From positions 274,648-338,647 of the forward strand of contig CALSLP010000002.1 of NCBI GenBank assembly GCA_943787225.1: 64,000 nt of DNA, given 5' to 3'. Positions 21,075 through 30,239 of the stretch are shown here, piece by piece. Below the pieces are notes generated by a model that did not search any database, was not told the DNA's origin, and worked only from the letters and a program-made list of their open reading frames with translations. This DNA comes from an uncultured Alphaproteobacteria bacterium. Its GTDB lineage: Bacteria > Pseudomonadota > Alphaproteobacteria > MPNO01 > UBA2964. The translations under genes were made by a program, and so were the position numbers. Positions within the stretch are counted from its first letter, which is position 1. The number at the start of each line of letters is the position of its first letter.

Positions 21075-21715
21075 GCTCCGCTTTCCGACGATCTGGTAAG
21101 GGCCCTGGCAAACGCTGGGGCATGCCTTTGATATTAAGCGTCTCTGTTCTGTTGCTCATATGGGTCTTTGGCTTAATTTGGTTTGTCAGCAAGGTGCCTG
21201 TGGCTCCTGTCAACGACCAGACCAAGACTGACGCCGTCATCGTGCTCACTGGCGGCACGGGCCGATTGGAGGCGGGGTTGCAAATTTTATCACAGGGCTA
21301 TGCGAAGCTGCTTTTTGTATCCGGGGTTGCCCGTGGCGTCGATGTGCAGGCGCTCCTGAAACTTGTCAGGCGCAAACCAGATGATTTCGCCTGTTGTATT
21401 GCCGTTGGCTACGTGGCTGACAACACAGCAGGGAATGCAATAGAAACCACACAATGGATAAAAAAAAACCGCCTGAGATCACTTCGGCTGGTCACCGCGA
21501 GTTATCACATGCCACGCAGTCTGTATGAATTCACCAAGGCAATGCCCGCTATCAAAATCATCCCACACCCGGTCTTTCCACCACAATTCAAACGTGATGA
21601 TTGGTGGCGTTGGCCGGGAACGGCAAAACTTCTCGCAAGTGAATTCAATAAATTTTTGATCGCAAAGGCTGGCATAGGGCCGAAGGTGAAGCGGTTATGG
21701 GATAGCAAACCATGA
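21071..21715 (+). CDS. YdcF/ElyC (DUF218) family protein
   Basis: Start at MSSAFRR (ATGA overlap with ftsX), membrane anchor, and VIVLTGGTGR...LFVSG...ASYHMPRS pattern. Confidence 0.75.
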   Translation: MSSAFRRSGKGPGKRWGMPLILSVSVLLLIWVFGLIWFVSKVPVAPVNDQTKTDAVIVLTGGTGRLEAGLQILSQGYAKLLFVSGVARGVDVQALLKLVRRKPDDFACCIAVGYVADNTAGNAIETTQWIKKNRLRSLRLVTASYHMPRSLYEFTKAMPAIKIIPHPVFPPQFKRDDWWRWPGTAKLLASEFNKFLIAKAGIGPKVKRLWDSKP

Positions 21716-22430
21716 TCATGCTGCGCTCTCTCCTATATCACGCGCTATACGGTATCTGGGCGTTTCTGATGTGTTTTGCCTTCTTGCCATCCCTGGTCCT
21801 GCCATTTTGGGCGAGTGATCTCATATCCAATTTCTGGTCCCGGTCAGTATTTTTATTGCTGCGCGTGACCTGCGGACTGACCTACCGAATTGAAGGTATA
21901 GAAAACATTGCAGACAGTCCGGTCATTTACGCCTCTAAACATCAATCAGTATGGGACACATTACTTTTTCCCCTTCAAATAGACCGGTCAGCCATTGTCC
22001 TGAAGAAAGAACTCTTTTTGCTTCCCTTCTTTGGCTGGTACGCCAAAAATTATGGCGCCATTGGGATAGACCGCAGTGCCGGCGCCACGGCCATTCGGCA
22101 ATTGATAAAAGATGCCCGAATTCCGTCGCCGCAGGCCGGCCCATCGTTATTTTTCCCGAAGGAACACGGTTGCCGCCGGGCGAAAAAGGCGAGTATCAAA
22201 GCGGCGTAGCGGCTCTTTATAAAGATCTCAAAATCCCGGTCGTCCCTGTGGCACTGAATTCAGGAATGTATTGGCCCAAGAGAAAACTTATACGGCGACC
22301 CGGGGTTATCACGCTACGGTTTTTACCCCCTATTCCGCCCGGATTACCCCGTAAAGAGTTCATGGAACGACTTGAATCCGAGATCGAAACGGCACAAAAC
22401 GAGATTTGTGACCAAAATTACGGGAAATAG
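21712..22430 (+). pseudogene. plsC: 1-acyl-sn-glycerol-3-phosphate acyltransferase, single frameshift
   Basis: The HQSVWD (HX4D) motif is in frame 1 and the IVIFPEGTR motif is in frame 0. The switch is at about 22119-22121 (GAATT), consistent with a 1-nt deletion. Confidence 0.85.
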
Positions 22431-22656
22431 GCCCGTTTGGGTGATCAAGCGGGCGTTAATACGTTATTTAGTGGGATAAACCTCCTGTACAATCGATAAA
22501 ATTGGTCAATTAGGCCACAAGCCCGATAATTCAGATCAGCATCGCCCGACTAAAGACACGGAACACAACAAGAACATTGAATTGCGTTTCGCTTGTTGAT
22601 ATTGTGTATCGCCCCACTTACGTGAAACACTGAACATAGATTGACGGGGCGTCACC

Positions 22657-25004
22657 ATGGCCGCGATATCCTCTATTTCCCAACAGATTTGGGACATGAA
22701 ATACCGGTTCCAGGAGCCGGATGGGTCCGTCCACGACAAAACCATAGAAGACACCTGGCACCGTATCGCCAAGGCACTGGCTGCCCCTGAAAAAGACTGC
22801 TCTCAATGGGAAGAGCAGTTCTATGAGGCGTTGAAAGATTTCAAATTTCTGCCCGCCGGACGGATCATTGCCGGCGCTGGAACCGCCCGAAAAGTCACCC
22901 TGTTCAACTGTTTCGTTATGGGCACAGTCCCGGACGACATGGCAGGCATTTTTGACCAGCTGAAAGAAGCGGCCCTGACCCTGCAACAGGGCGGTGGCAT
23001 CGGATATGACTTCTCTACCCTCCGGCCCAAGGGCGCCTTAGTCAAAGGCGTCGGGGCGGATGCTTCCGGGCCCCTCTCCTTTATGGATGTCTGGGATTCG
23101 ATGTGCCGGACAATTATGAGCGCCGGTTCGCGGCGCGGCGCCATGATGGCGACCTTACGGTGCGACCACCCTGACATTGAAGCCTTTATCGATGCCAAGC
23201 GCGAGCCCGGCCGATTGCGGATGTTCAATCTCTCCGTTCTGATTACCGATCCCTTTATGGAGGCTATTGAGCAGGATACTTCTTGGGATTTAAAATTCGA
23301 TGGACAGACCTACCGCACGATAAGAGCGCGAGATCTGTGGGACAGGATCATGCGGGGCACATACGCCTATGCCGAGCCCGGCGTCATATTCATCGACCGG
23401 ATTAATCAACAGAACAACCTCGCTTATTGCGAAGTCATCAACGCCACCAACCCGTGCGGCGAACAACCACTGCCGCCCTACGGCGCGTGCCTTTTGGGAT
23501 CGATTAACCTCGCCCAGCTGGTAAAACAGCCGTTCACGGAGGCTGCCCATCTCGATATGGAGGCGCTGGCAAAATTGGTGCCGATTGCCGTGCGGATGAT
23601 GGATAATGTCGTCGATGTCTCCAACTTCCCGCTCGAAGAGCAGGCGGCAGAAGCCCGCGCCAAACGCCGGATTGGGCTGGGGCTTACCGGGCTTGGCGAC
23701 GCGCTGATCATGTGCCGTGCCCGCTATGGATCCGCAGAAGCCGTTGCTTTAACAGATGAATGGGCCGCCGCGGTCGAACGTCATGCCTATCTGGCCTCGA
23801 CGGAAATCGCACAGGAAAAGGGCAGCTTTCCCTCTATGACGCGGAGCAGTATACTGCCGGGCAGCATATCCAAACACTGGATACAGATGTTCAGGATGCC
23901 ATCGCACAGAAAGGCATTCGGAACGCGCTGCTTACCTCCATCGCCCCAACCGGCACAATCTCTTTGTTTGCCGATAATGTGACTTCCGGGATCGAACCGG
24001 TCTTCGCCTATCGCTACACGCGTAATGTCCTGATGCCTGATGGCAGCCGCGAAGCCGAGGAAGTCTCAGATTATGCCTGGCGGCTTTATCGCACGATGTT
24101 TGGCGAAACAGCACCGCTACCCGATTACTTCGTCGATGCCGAAGCGCTGAGCCCGCACGATCATCTGATAATGCAAGCCGCCGTACAGAAACATATCGAT
24201 AGCTCCATATCCAAAACCATCAACTGTCCCGAAGCTCTCACCTTCGAGGCATTCAAGGAAGTCTATCGGGAAGCTTATGCGCTGGGCTGCAAGGGGTGCA
24301 CCACCTACCGGCCCAATGACATTACAGGTGCGGTGCTTGAGAAGAACAGCAGCGATAAAGCGACCGCGGCACAGGCGGAACTACCGCTAGAGGCGCCGCC
24401 TGTTAAACCGGTCGATGGTCTGGACGCTGGTGGCGTCGTCTATATGACGCAACCGCTCAACCGACCGGAAGAATTGCCCGGCCAAACTTACAAGATCAAA
24501 TGGGCCGAGAGCGAACACGCCATCTATATTACCATCAATGACATCGTTCAGGATGGCAGACGCCGACCGTTTGAGGTTTTCATCAATTCCAAAAATATGG
24601 AGCATTACGCCTGGACCGTCGCCCTGACCCGGATGATCAGCGCCGTCTTCCGGCGCGGCGGTGATGTGTCCTTTGTTGTCGAGGAGCTCAAGGCCGTGTT
24701 TGATCCCGCGTGTGGCCAATGGTTTGAGGGTAAATATGTTCCGTCCCTGCTCGCCGCCATCGGAGGTGTCATCGAGCGCCATATGATCGATACCGGCTTC
24801 CTGCCCCGCCCCGGTGAGGCAGAAACCGGACAGGCCGCGCTGGCGGCAGAAGCAAGCGGCAGCGGTCTTAGCGCCGGTACCGGTAACGATGGATTTTCTC
24901 GAAGCGTCATCCCACTCCAATGCCCGAAATGTGGCGAAGCCACCTTGATCCGTCAGGAAGGCTGCGACCTCTGCACCGCCTGCGGTCACAGCAAGTGCGG
25001 ATAA
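22657..25004 (+). pseudogene. nrdJ: adenosylcobalamin-dependent (class II) ribonucleotide reductase, single frameshift
   Basis: The N-part (...NPCGEQPLPPYGACLLGSINL...) and C-part (...APTGTISL...CPKCGEATLIRQEGCDLCTACGHSKCG) change frame 1->0 at the C-run 23830-23832 (EKGSFP|LYDAEQY). This is consistent with one missing C. Confidence 0.9.
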
Positions 25005-25066
25005 AATTGGACCAAAGGAAAGATTCTTCTTCTCATTACGGATCGACGCGCGTATAAGCCGCCGCC

Positions 25067-25180
25067 ATGCATAATACGACGCAGACATATTTATCGACCC
25101 TAAACGTCACCGGCATGCCGTTTCGCGGCATTCATGCTGCCGGAATGCGCGTGATCGTGACGACAGGAGGCCGCTTGTAA
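25067..25180 (+). other. candidate 37-codon leader ORF (hypothetical)
   Basis: ATG...TAA encodes MHNTTQTYLSTLNVTGMPFRGIHAAGMRVIVTTGGRL. Its stop codon overlaps the putative antiterminator segment. There is no clear SD, so translation is unproven. Confidence 0.25.
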
Positions 25181-25212
25181 GCTAACGCCGAGGAATATCG
25201 GACAGGCACAAC

Positions 25213-25238
25213 AAGCGGACTTATGGTCCGCTTTTTTT
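25213..25238 (+). terminator. Rho-independent terminator (nrdJ 3' end and/or attenuator of the MATE gene)
   Basis: Stem AAGCGGAC (25213-25220) / GTCCGCTT (25226-25233), loop TTATG, then a T-run through 25238. It lies 38 nt upstream of the MATE ATG. Confidence 0.75.
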
Positions 25239-25276
25239 GTGGATTGCTTCTAATACCAAGCCAGCGAGACAAGACA

Positions 25277-26688
25277 ATGACGGCCCCGATTGAGACCAGA
25301 GAAATAGCGACACCAGCGCGCGCGCCATGGCGGCGGGAGCTGAAGGCTATGTCACGGCTGGCCTGGCCCATTGTTCTGACACAGCTGGCCTGGGTCGGCA
25401 TGCTGACAACTGATACCGCCATGATCGGACGGCTCGGCGCCGAACAACTCGCAGGGGCCTCCCTCAGCCTGATGGTTTTCTTTCTGGCTTATGTGATCTG
25501 CTTTGGCGTTGTTACAGCGACCGCGTCGCTGGCATCACAAGCTTATGGCGCCCGCCAGCCTCGGAGGATCCGGCGGTTGTCCGGCAAGGCTGGTGGGTAA
25601 CGATAGCCCTCACCGTCCCCATGCTGATGGCGCTCGCCTTTACGCCCGAGATTCTATCCCTGATGGGGCAACCGCCGGAGACATTGCCTCATGCCGATGC
25701 CTATATCAGTACCCTGATGTGGAGCCTGCCTTTGGCGACCGCGTTTACTGTCTTGCGGAATTTTGTGTCAGCGCTTGGGCGGCCCCGCCCAGCTCTTTGG
25801 GTGATGCTCTCTGGTTTGCCGTTGAATGCGTTGCTCGATTACGGGCTGATCTATGGCAATTTTGGTCTGCCGCGGCTGGAACTTGTTGGCGCCGGGCTGG
25901 CCACCACAATCATCAACATAGCAATGTTCTCAGCCCTGTTGGCGATTGTGCTGTTTCGCAAACCGTTCTCTCGTTACGCAATTCTTGGCCGTTTCTGGCG
26001 ACCGGACTGGCCGCAGTTCCGACAAATCTTTCGCATCGGGTTACCGATTGCCGGGACTCACTTGATGGTCGCTGGTTTTTTTATCGGAGCCGTGTTCGTC
26101 ATCGGGGCTTTCGGCACCGAAGCGATTGCCGCCCACATGATTGCGATACAGCTACCGCATATCAGCATCATGATTCCCATGGGGCTGTCGCAGGCCGCCA
26201 CCGTTCGGGTTGGCCACGCGGTTGGTCGACGCAATGTTGAAGCGGCTTATCGCGCCGGATGGACTGCCACGGCGATGACCGTGTGTTTCATGATCATGAT
26301 GTCAGTCGTCGTCATGCTGGTGCCGGAGGCTTTTGTGAAGCTATTTATCGACGCCAGCCGCCCCGAAAGCGCCGACGTCATGAACCTCGCGGTCTCTTTT
26401 CTGGTCCTCGCCGCCTTCTTCCAAATCGCCGATGGCATACAGGAAGTGATGTCCGGGGCCTTACGCGGCCTCAACGATACCGTCATCCCGATGCTCATCG
26501 CAGGCATCAGCTATTGGGGGGTTGGCTTAGCCACTGGTGTTTGGCTGGCCTTCAGTCATGACCTGCAGGGAGTCGGGCTCTGGCTCGGCTTCATCTTTGG
26601 CCTAAGCTGCGCCGCGATCCTGCTGGGCTGGCGTTTTTACCGGTTCTTCAAGCGTCAGCATCTGCCATCGATACAGACACCGACCTAA
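25277..26688 (+). pseudogene. MATE family efflux transporter (NorM-like), single frameshift
   Basis: The N-part (WPIVLTQLAWVGMLTTDTAMIGRLG...AQAYGARQPRRIRR) is in frame 2 and the rest (VVRQGWWVTIALTVPMLMAL...) in frame 1. The switch is at about 25571-25580. Confidence 0.85.
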
Positions 26689-26701
26689 GAATAGGGGAGT
26701 G

Positions 26702-26721
26702 AGGGCGCGTTAACGCGCCCT
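26702..26721. repeat. perfect 20-bp palindrome AGGGCGCGTTAACGCGCCCT between convergent genes
   Basis: 10-bp arms with no spacer. The right arm overlaps the stop codon (26720-26722) of the FAH-family gene. No flanking T-run on either strand. Confidence 0.6.
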
Positions 26722-27583
26722 ATTCCGCCTCAACCGGGTTTTGCAAAAGGCCAACGCCTTCGATCTGCACTTCAAGATGGTCGCCAGGTTTGAGATATCC
26801 CGGTGGGTCATGCTCAATCGCCGAGCCGCCTGGGCTGCCCGTGCAAATCAGATCGCCGGGCTCAAGCTGGGTGAAGCGCGATATAAAGGAGATCACGTAG
26901 GGGATATCGAAGATCATCATATCGGTGCCGCCGTTTTGACGCTCTTCACCGTTCACCCGGGTGACAATCTGCAGCTTCATCGGATCTTCGATCTCGTCAG
27001 CGGTGACAATCCAGGGGCCCATCGAACCCGAGCGCCACTGATTCTTAACCGGGCAGTTCTGTGTGCCCCGGCCAATCCAGTTCCGGACACTGCCTTCATT
27101 GGCGATGGTGTAACCACCGACATAAGACATCGCATCAGCCTCAGCGATATGACGTCCCTGCTTGCCAATCACGACAACCAGCTCACCCTCATAATCGAGC
27201 TGATCACCGTCGTCAGAACCACGAATAATCGCCTCATCATGGGCCGAGAATGAATCCCGGAAACGCGGAAAAATACTCGGCCATTCCGGACGACCATCTT
27301 CCATAACCTCATGATAGGCATAGTAATTCCGGCCTACGCAGAAAATCTTACTGGGGTTGTGAATGGGCATCCGAAAGGTAACGTCACTCATGCCAAGGGT
27401 CGGCGTTGCGGACGCTACCGTTGCTTCCAGCGATGACACGGCCCCGCGTCCGGCGGCCATGACACCTTTCAGGTTGGCAAAATGGGTTTCCTGATACATC
27501 GCGCCAGACAGATCGACGATGCCGTCATCTTTGACGGCGCCATAGCCTTCGCGCCCATCATGGTAAAAGCTCACAAGCTTCAT
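26720..27583 (-). CDS. fumarylacetoacetate hydrolase (FAH) family protein
   Basis: 287 aa with DYEGELVVVIG, a metal-binding acidic cluster and a GDLICTGSPGG C-terminal motif. Confidence 0.85.
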   Translation of the reverse strand: MKLVSFYHDGREGYGAVKDDGIVDLSGAMYQETHFANLKGVMAAGRGAVSSLEATVASATPTLGMSDVTFRMPIHNPSKIFCVGRNYYAYHEVMEDGRPEWPSIFPRFRDSFSAHDEAIIRGSDDGDQLDYEGELVVVIGKQGRHIAEADAMSYVGGYTIANEGSVRNWIGRGTQNCPVKNQWRSGSMGPWIVTADEIEDPMKLQIVTRVNGEERQNGGTDMMIFDIPYVISFISRFTQLEPGDLICTGSPGGSAIEHDPPGYLKPGDHLEVQIEGVGLLQNPVEAE

Positions 27584-27670
27584 TTTTATCTCCCTAAAAT
27601 TCGATAGCTGGTTTTAACGTAAATCCTGCGCGAGGGGTAGCCGCTGACTAACCTAATTGATCAACACACT

Positions 27671-28206
27671 CTAAGCAGCCTTGAGACCCTCATCCTCAAT
27701 CCCGAGTGTCTTCAGGTGCTCAACAGTGGAGGCCAGATAATCGCGATTGGGGCCTCTCTTGCCATGCCCCTGCGCAATCCGCGCGGCCATTTCATCTACG
27801 CGTCAGTCCGCTGACATAGAGCGCGTGGTCGGGATTCACGACCAGCGTATAAGCCCGAACCGCCTGCCTCTCGATTTCGATAGAAACTCGGCACGCAGCT
27901 GTAGATTTCTTCCGGCATTTCGCGCTTTGCGAGATAGGTGAACACTTCATCACGATCCGTCTCCCCGATACGCAAAGCCAGCCCCCGACACGCGCCACCA
28001 CGATCGAGTCCCAGCGACAGCCCTGGCTGTTCCGGCGTCCCGCGATAAATAACAGAAGAGACACAGAACCGCCGATGCCAGCCTTCGAGACAGGCCTCAC
28101 GCGTTTCACGTGGTTCGAACTCAGGATTCCACATCAGCGAGCCATAGGCGAAGAACCAGACATCACCGGGTTCTGAAACAACGATCTTTCTACGATTCTC
28201 GGTCAT
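27671..28206 (-). pseudogene. chaC: ChaC-family gamma-glutamylcyclotransferase, two frameshifts
   Basis: FAYGSLMWNPEF...GLSLGLDRGGACRGLA is in the first frame, VSIEIERQAVRAYTLVVNPDHALYVSGLT in the second and DEMAARIAQGHGKRGPNRDYLASTVEHLKTLGIED in the third. Switches are at about 27885-27900 and about 27795-27810. Confidence 0.8.
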
Positions 28207-28207
28207 G

Positions 28208-29095
28208 TCACTTTCTATTCACCAACGCCACACCAGCCACAGCTATAACCATGCCTGTCATCGCCAACGCCGCAAAGGTTTCTCCAAACATCAGCCACCC
28301 CATTACTGCCGTTGTCGGCGGGCTGAGATATATCAGGCTGGTTACCTGCGCCGCCGCACCGCGCTGCACCAAAAAGAAATAGAGCGCCAGCGCGATGACC
28401 GACAGGGCTACCCCCGACCAGGTCAACGCAAAGATAAAGTCACCGGTCCACTCGACATGCATCGTTTCAAAGGCAACGGCCAGAGCACCGATGATGACCA
28501 GCGACACCGCGTTCTGAACCGTTACGGCGGCACGGGCATCGATATCGGCACAAAAGCGTTTTTGATAAACCGTGCCAATTGTAATACCGACGAGAGCAAG
28601 CCCGGCAAACGATACGGCCCAGCCACCCTGTCCCGCGAATTCAACCTTCTCGGCAACCACCAGCCCGAGACCGACAAAGCCCAGACCGAGACCAATCCAT
28701 TGGCGGACGGTGACTTTCTCATTCAATAAAGGGGCGGCAAGCGAACCGGTTATCAAGGGCTGTAGCCCGACAATCAACGCCATGACACCGGTCGAGAGTC
28801 CCAGATAGATACCGTAAAACACCCCGATCAGATAGGTGGTCTGCACCAGAAGCCCCGCAACCATAATATGCAGCAAGGATCGCGGGGTCTTTGGCCAGCG
28901 GACGCGCCAAATAATCATTAGCGGCACCATGATCACCAGCGCCATAACAAAACGAAGTGTCAGGAAGGTAAAAGGCTCGGCATAAGGCAAACCGTATTTG
29001 GCCGCCACGAAGCCACTCGCCCAGAAAAAGACGAACAGGGCCGAGAGCACGACCATCAAGCCGAGCGAAAGACTTTGGGATTTTTCTTGTGTCAT
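28208..29095 (-). CDS. DMT-superfamily (EamA-like) transporter
   Basis: 295 aa with about 10 predicted TM helices and a duplicated EamA-type architecture. Confidence 0.8.
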   Translation of the reverse strand: MTQEKSQSLSLGLMVVLSALFVFFWASGFVAAKYGLPYAEPFTFLTLRFVMALVIMVPLMIIWRVRWPKTPRSLLHIMVAGLLVQTTYLIGVFYGIYLGLSTGVMALIVGLQPLITGSLAAPLLNEKVTVRQWIGLGLGFVGLGLVVAEKVEFAGQGGWAVSFAGLALVGITIGTVYQKRFCADIDARAAVTVQNAVSLVIIGALAVAFETMHVEWTGDFIFALTWSGVALSVIALALYFFLVQRGAAAQVTSLIYLSPPTTAVMGWLMFGETFAALAMTGMVIAVAGVALVNRK

Positions 29096-29174
29096 CAGAC
29101 TTCTCTATATGGCCAAGAGTGTAATCCCTCTATCTGCCTCTCGACCACTTCTATCGAGATGCCTATAAAGACTC

Positions 29175-30239
29175 ATGGCGTATAGCATTCAAAAATGGCG
29201 CAAACCCGTCGCGTGGGGATTGGCAATCCTGACGGGTCTGGCGGCTCTTTATAGCGGCTTGTGGTTTGTCATTGCCGCACAGTTGGAAGCTGGTCTGAAC
29301 AACTGGGCAACCTCGCAACGCGCCCGCGGCTGGACCGTTGAGCATGGCCAGGTCAACATGTCCGGCTTCCCCTTGAAGTGGCAGATGGATATTGAGAAAC
29401 CCCTTCTCAGCCGCAGCACGGGCAAAACACCGTTTCATTGGTCGGGACCCCAAATCCAACTCAGGATGCGGCCCTGGAATCTTACCGCTATTGGCTTCCA
29501 GACAAAGGGCGAACACCGGCTCGGCTACGCCACCGCAAAACCATCTGACTCCGCAAAGCTCGAAATGGGCGCGGGATACGGTGAAATGCAATTTGGCCAT
29601 GATGGTATTCTGAAAGAGCTTGCCTTTACCGTTGAAGGGGCGGCTCTTGAAACTGTTCTGGCGCAGAACTATCGCTTCACCCAGCTCAATGCCCGACTTG
29701 ATCTCAACCGCCCCACAGATCCAGGGTCCAAACCGCACCAGATTCCCGCCTTCTATCTCACAGCGGAACTCTTTGGCCTGACTTTGCCCAAGGAGATGAA
29801 GCCAGCGCTTGGCCGGACCATCAGCCGAATTTCTCTGAGAGCCGATTTTCTCGGCGCAGCCAACGGCACGACCTTGAAACAGGCTCTCTCGCAATGGGCC
29901 CGCAGCGGCGGCTCTCTGAACGTAAAGCAGCTCGACATTGGTTGGTCAAAGCTCGACATCAGTGGCACCGGCACGCTGGCTCTTGATGGCGCGTTGCAAC
30001 CGATAGCGGCCTTTAGTGGCAAAGTATCGGGCTATGGCGAAACACTCGATGCGATGGCAACTGGCGGGTTAATCAAGCCGGCAACAGCAATGGTCACGCG
30101 CTTCGCCTTGCGGGCACTCTCTAACTTTACCGGAGATAAAAAAGGCGACCGAATTCGGGTCTCGCTAACGATCCAGGACAACTATCTGCATGTCGGCCCC
30201 GTTAAGCTGATCAAGTTACCGAAAATAATTTGGCATTAA
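29175..30239 (+). CDS. DUF2125-like periplasmic/membrane-anchored protein (function unknown)
   Basis: 354 aa with an N-terminal anchor (WGLAILTGLAALYSGLWFVIA). The pattern resembles the alphaproteobacterial DUF2125 family; assignment is from memory. Confidence 0.5.
   Translation: MAYSIQKWRKPVAWGLAILTGLAALYSGLWFVIAAQLEAGLNNWATSQRARGWTVEHGQVNMSGFPLKWQMDIEKPLLSRSTGKTPFHWSGPQIQLRMRPWNLTAIGFQTKGEHRLGYATAKPSDSAKLEMGAGYGEMQFGHDGILKELAFTVEGAALETVLAQNYRFTQLNARLDLNRPTDPGSKPHQIPAFYLTAELFGLTLPKEMKPALGRTISRISLRADFLGAANGTTLKQALSQWARSGGSLNVKQLDIGWSKLDISGTGTLALDGALQPIAAFSGKVSGYGETLDAMATGGLIKPATAMVTRFALRALSNFTGDKKGDRIRVSLTIQDNYLHVGPVKLIKLPKIIWH

Noticed and set aside
22431-22656. A possible cobalamin riboswitch or NrdR boxes upstream of nrdJ. 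ATATTGTGT at about 22599-22607 and ACACTGAAC at about 22628 resemble NrdR half-sites, and CAACAAG/CTTGTTG forms an inverted repeat at 22567-22598.
   Set aside because: No B12-box-like core (GCCACTG) is present. The NrdR-like matches are half-sites only and do not form the 16-bp palindrome pair at the expected spacing. This cannot be supported without a PWM scan.
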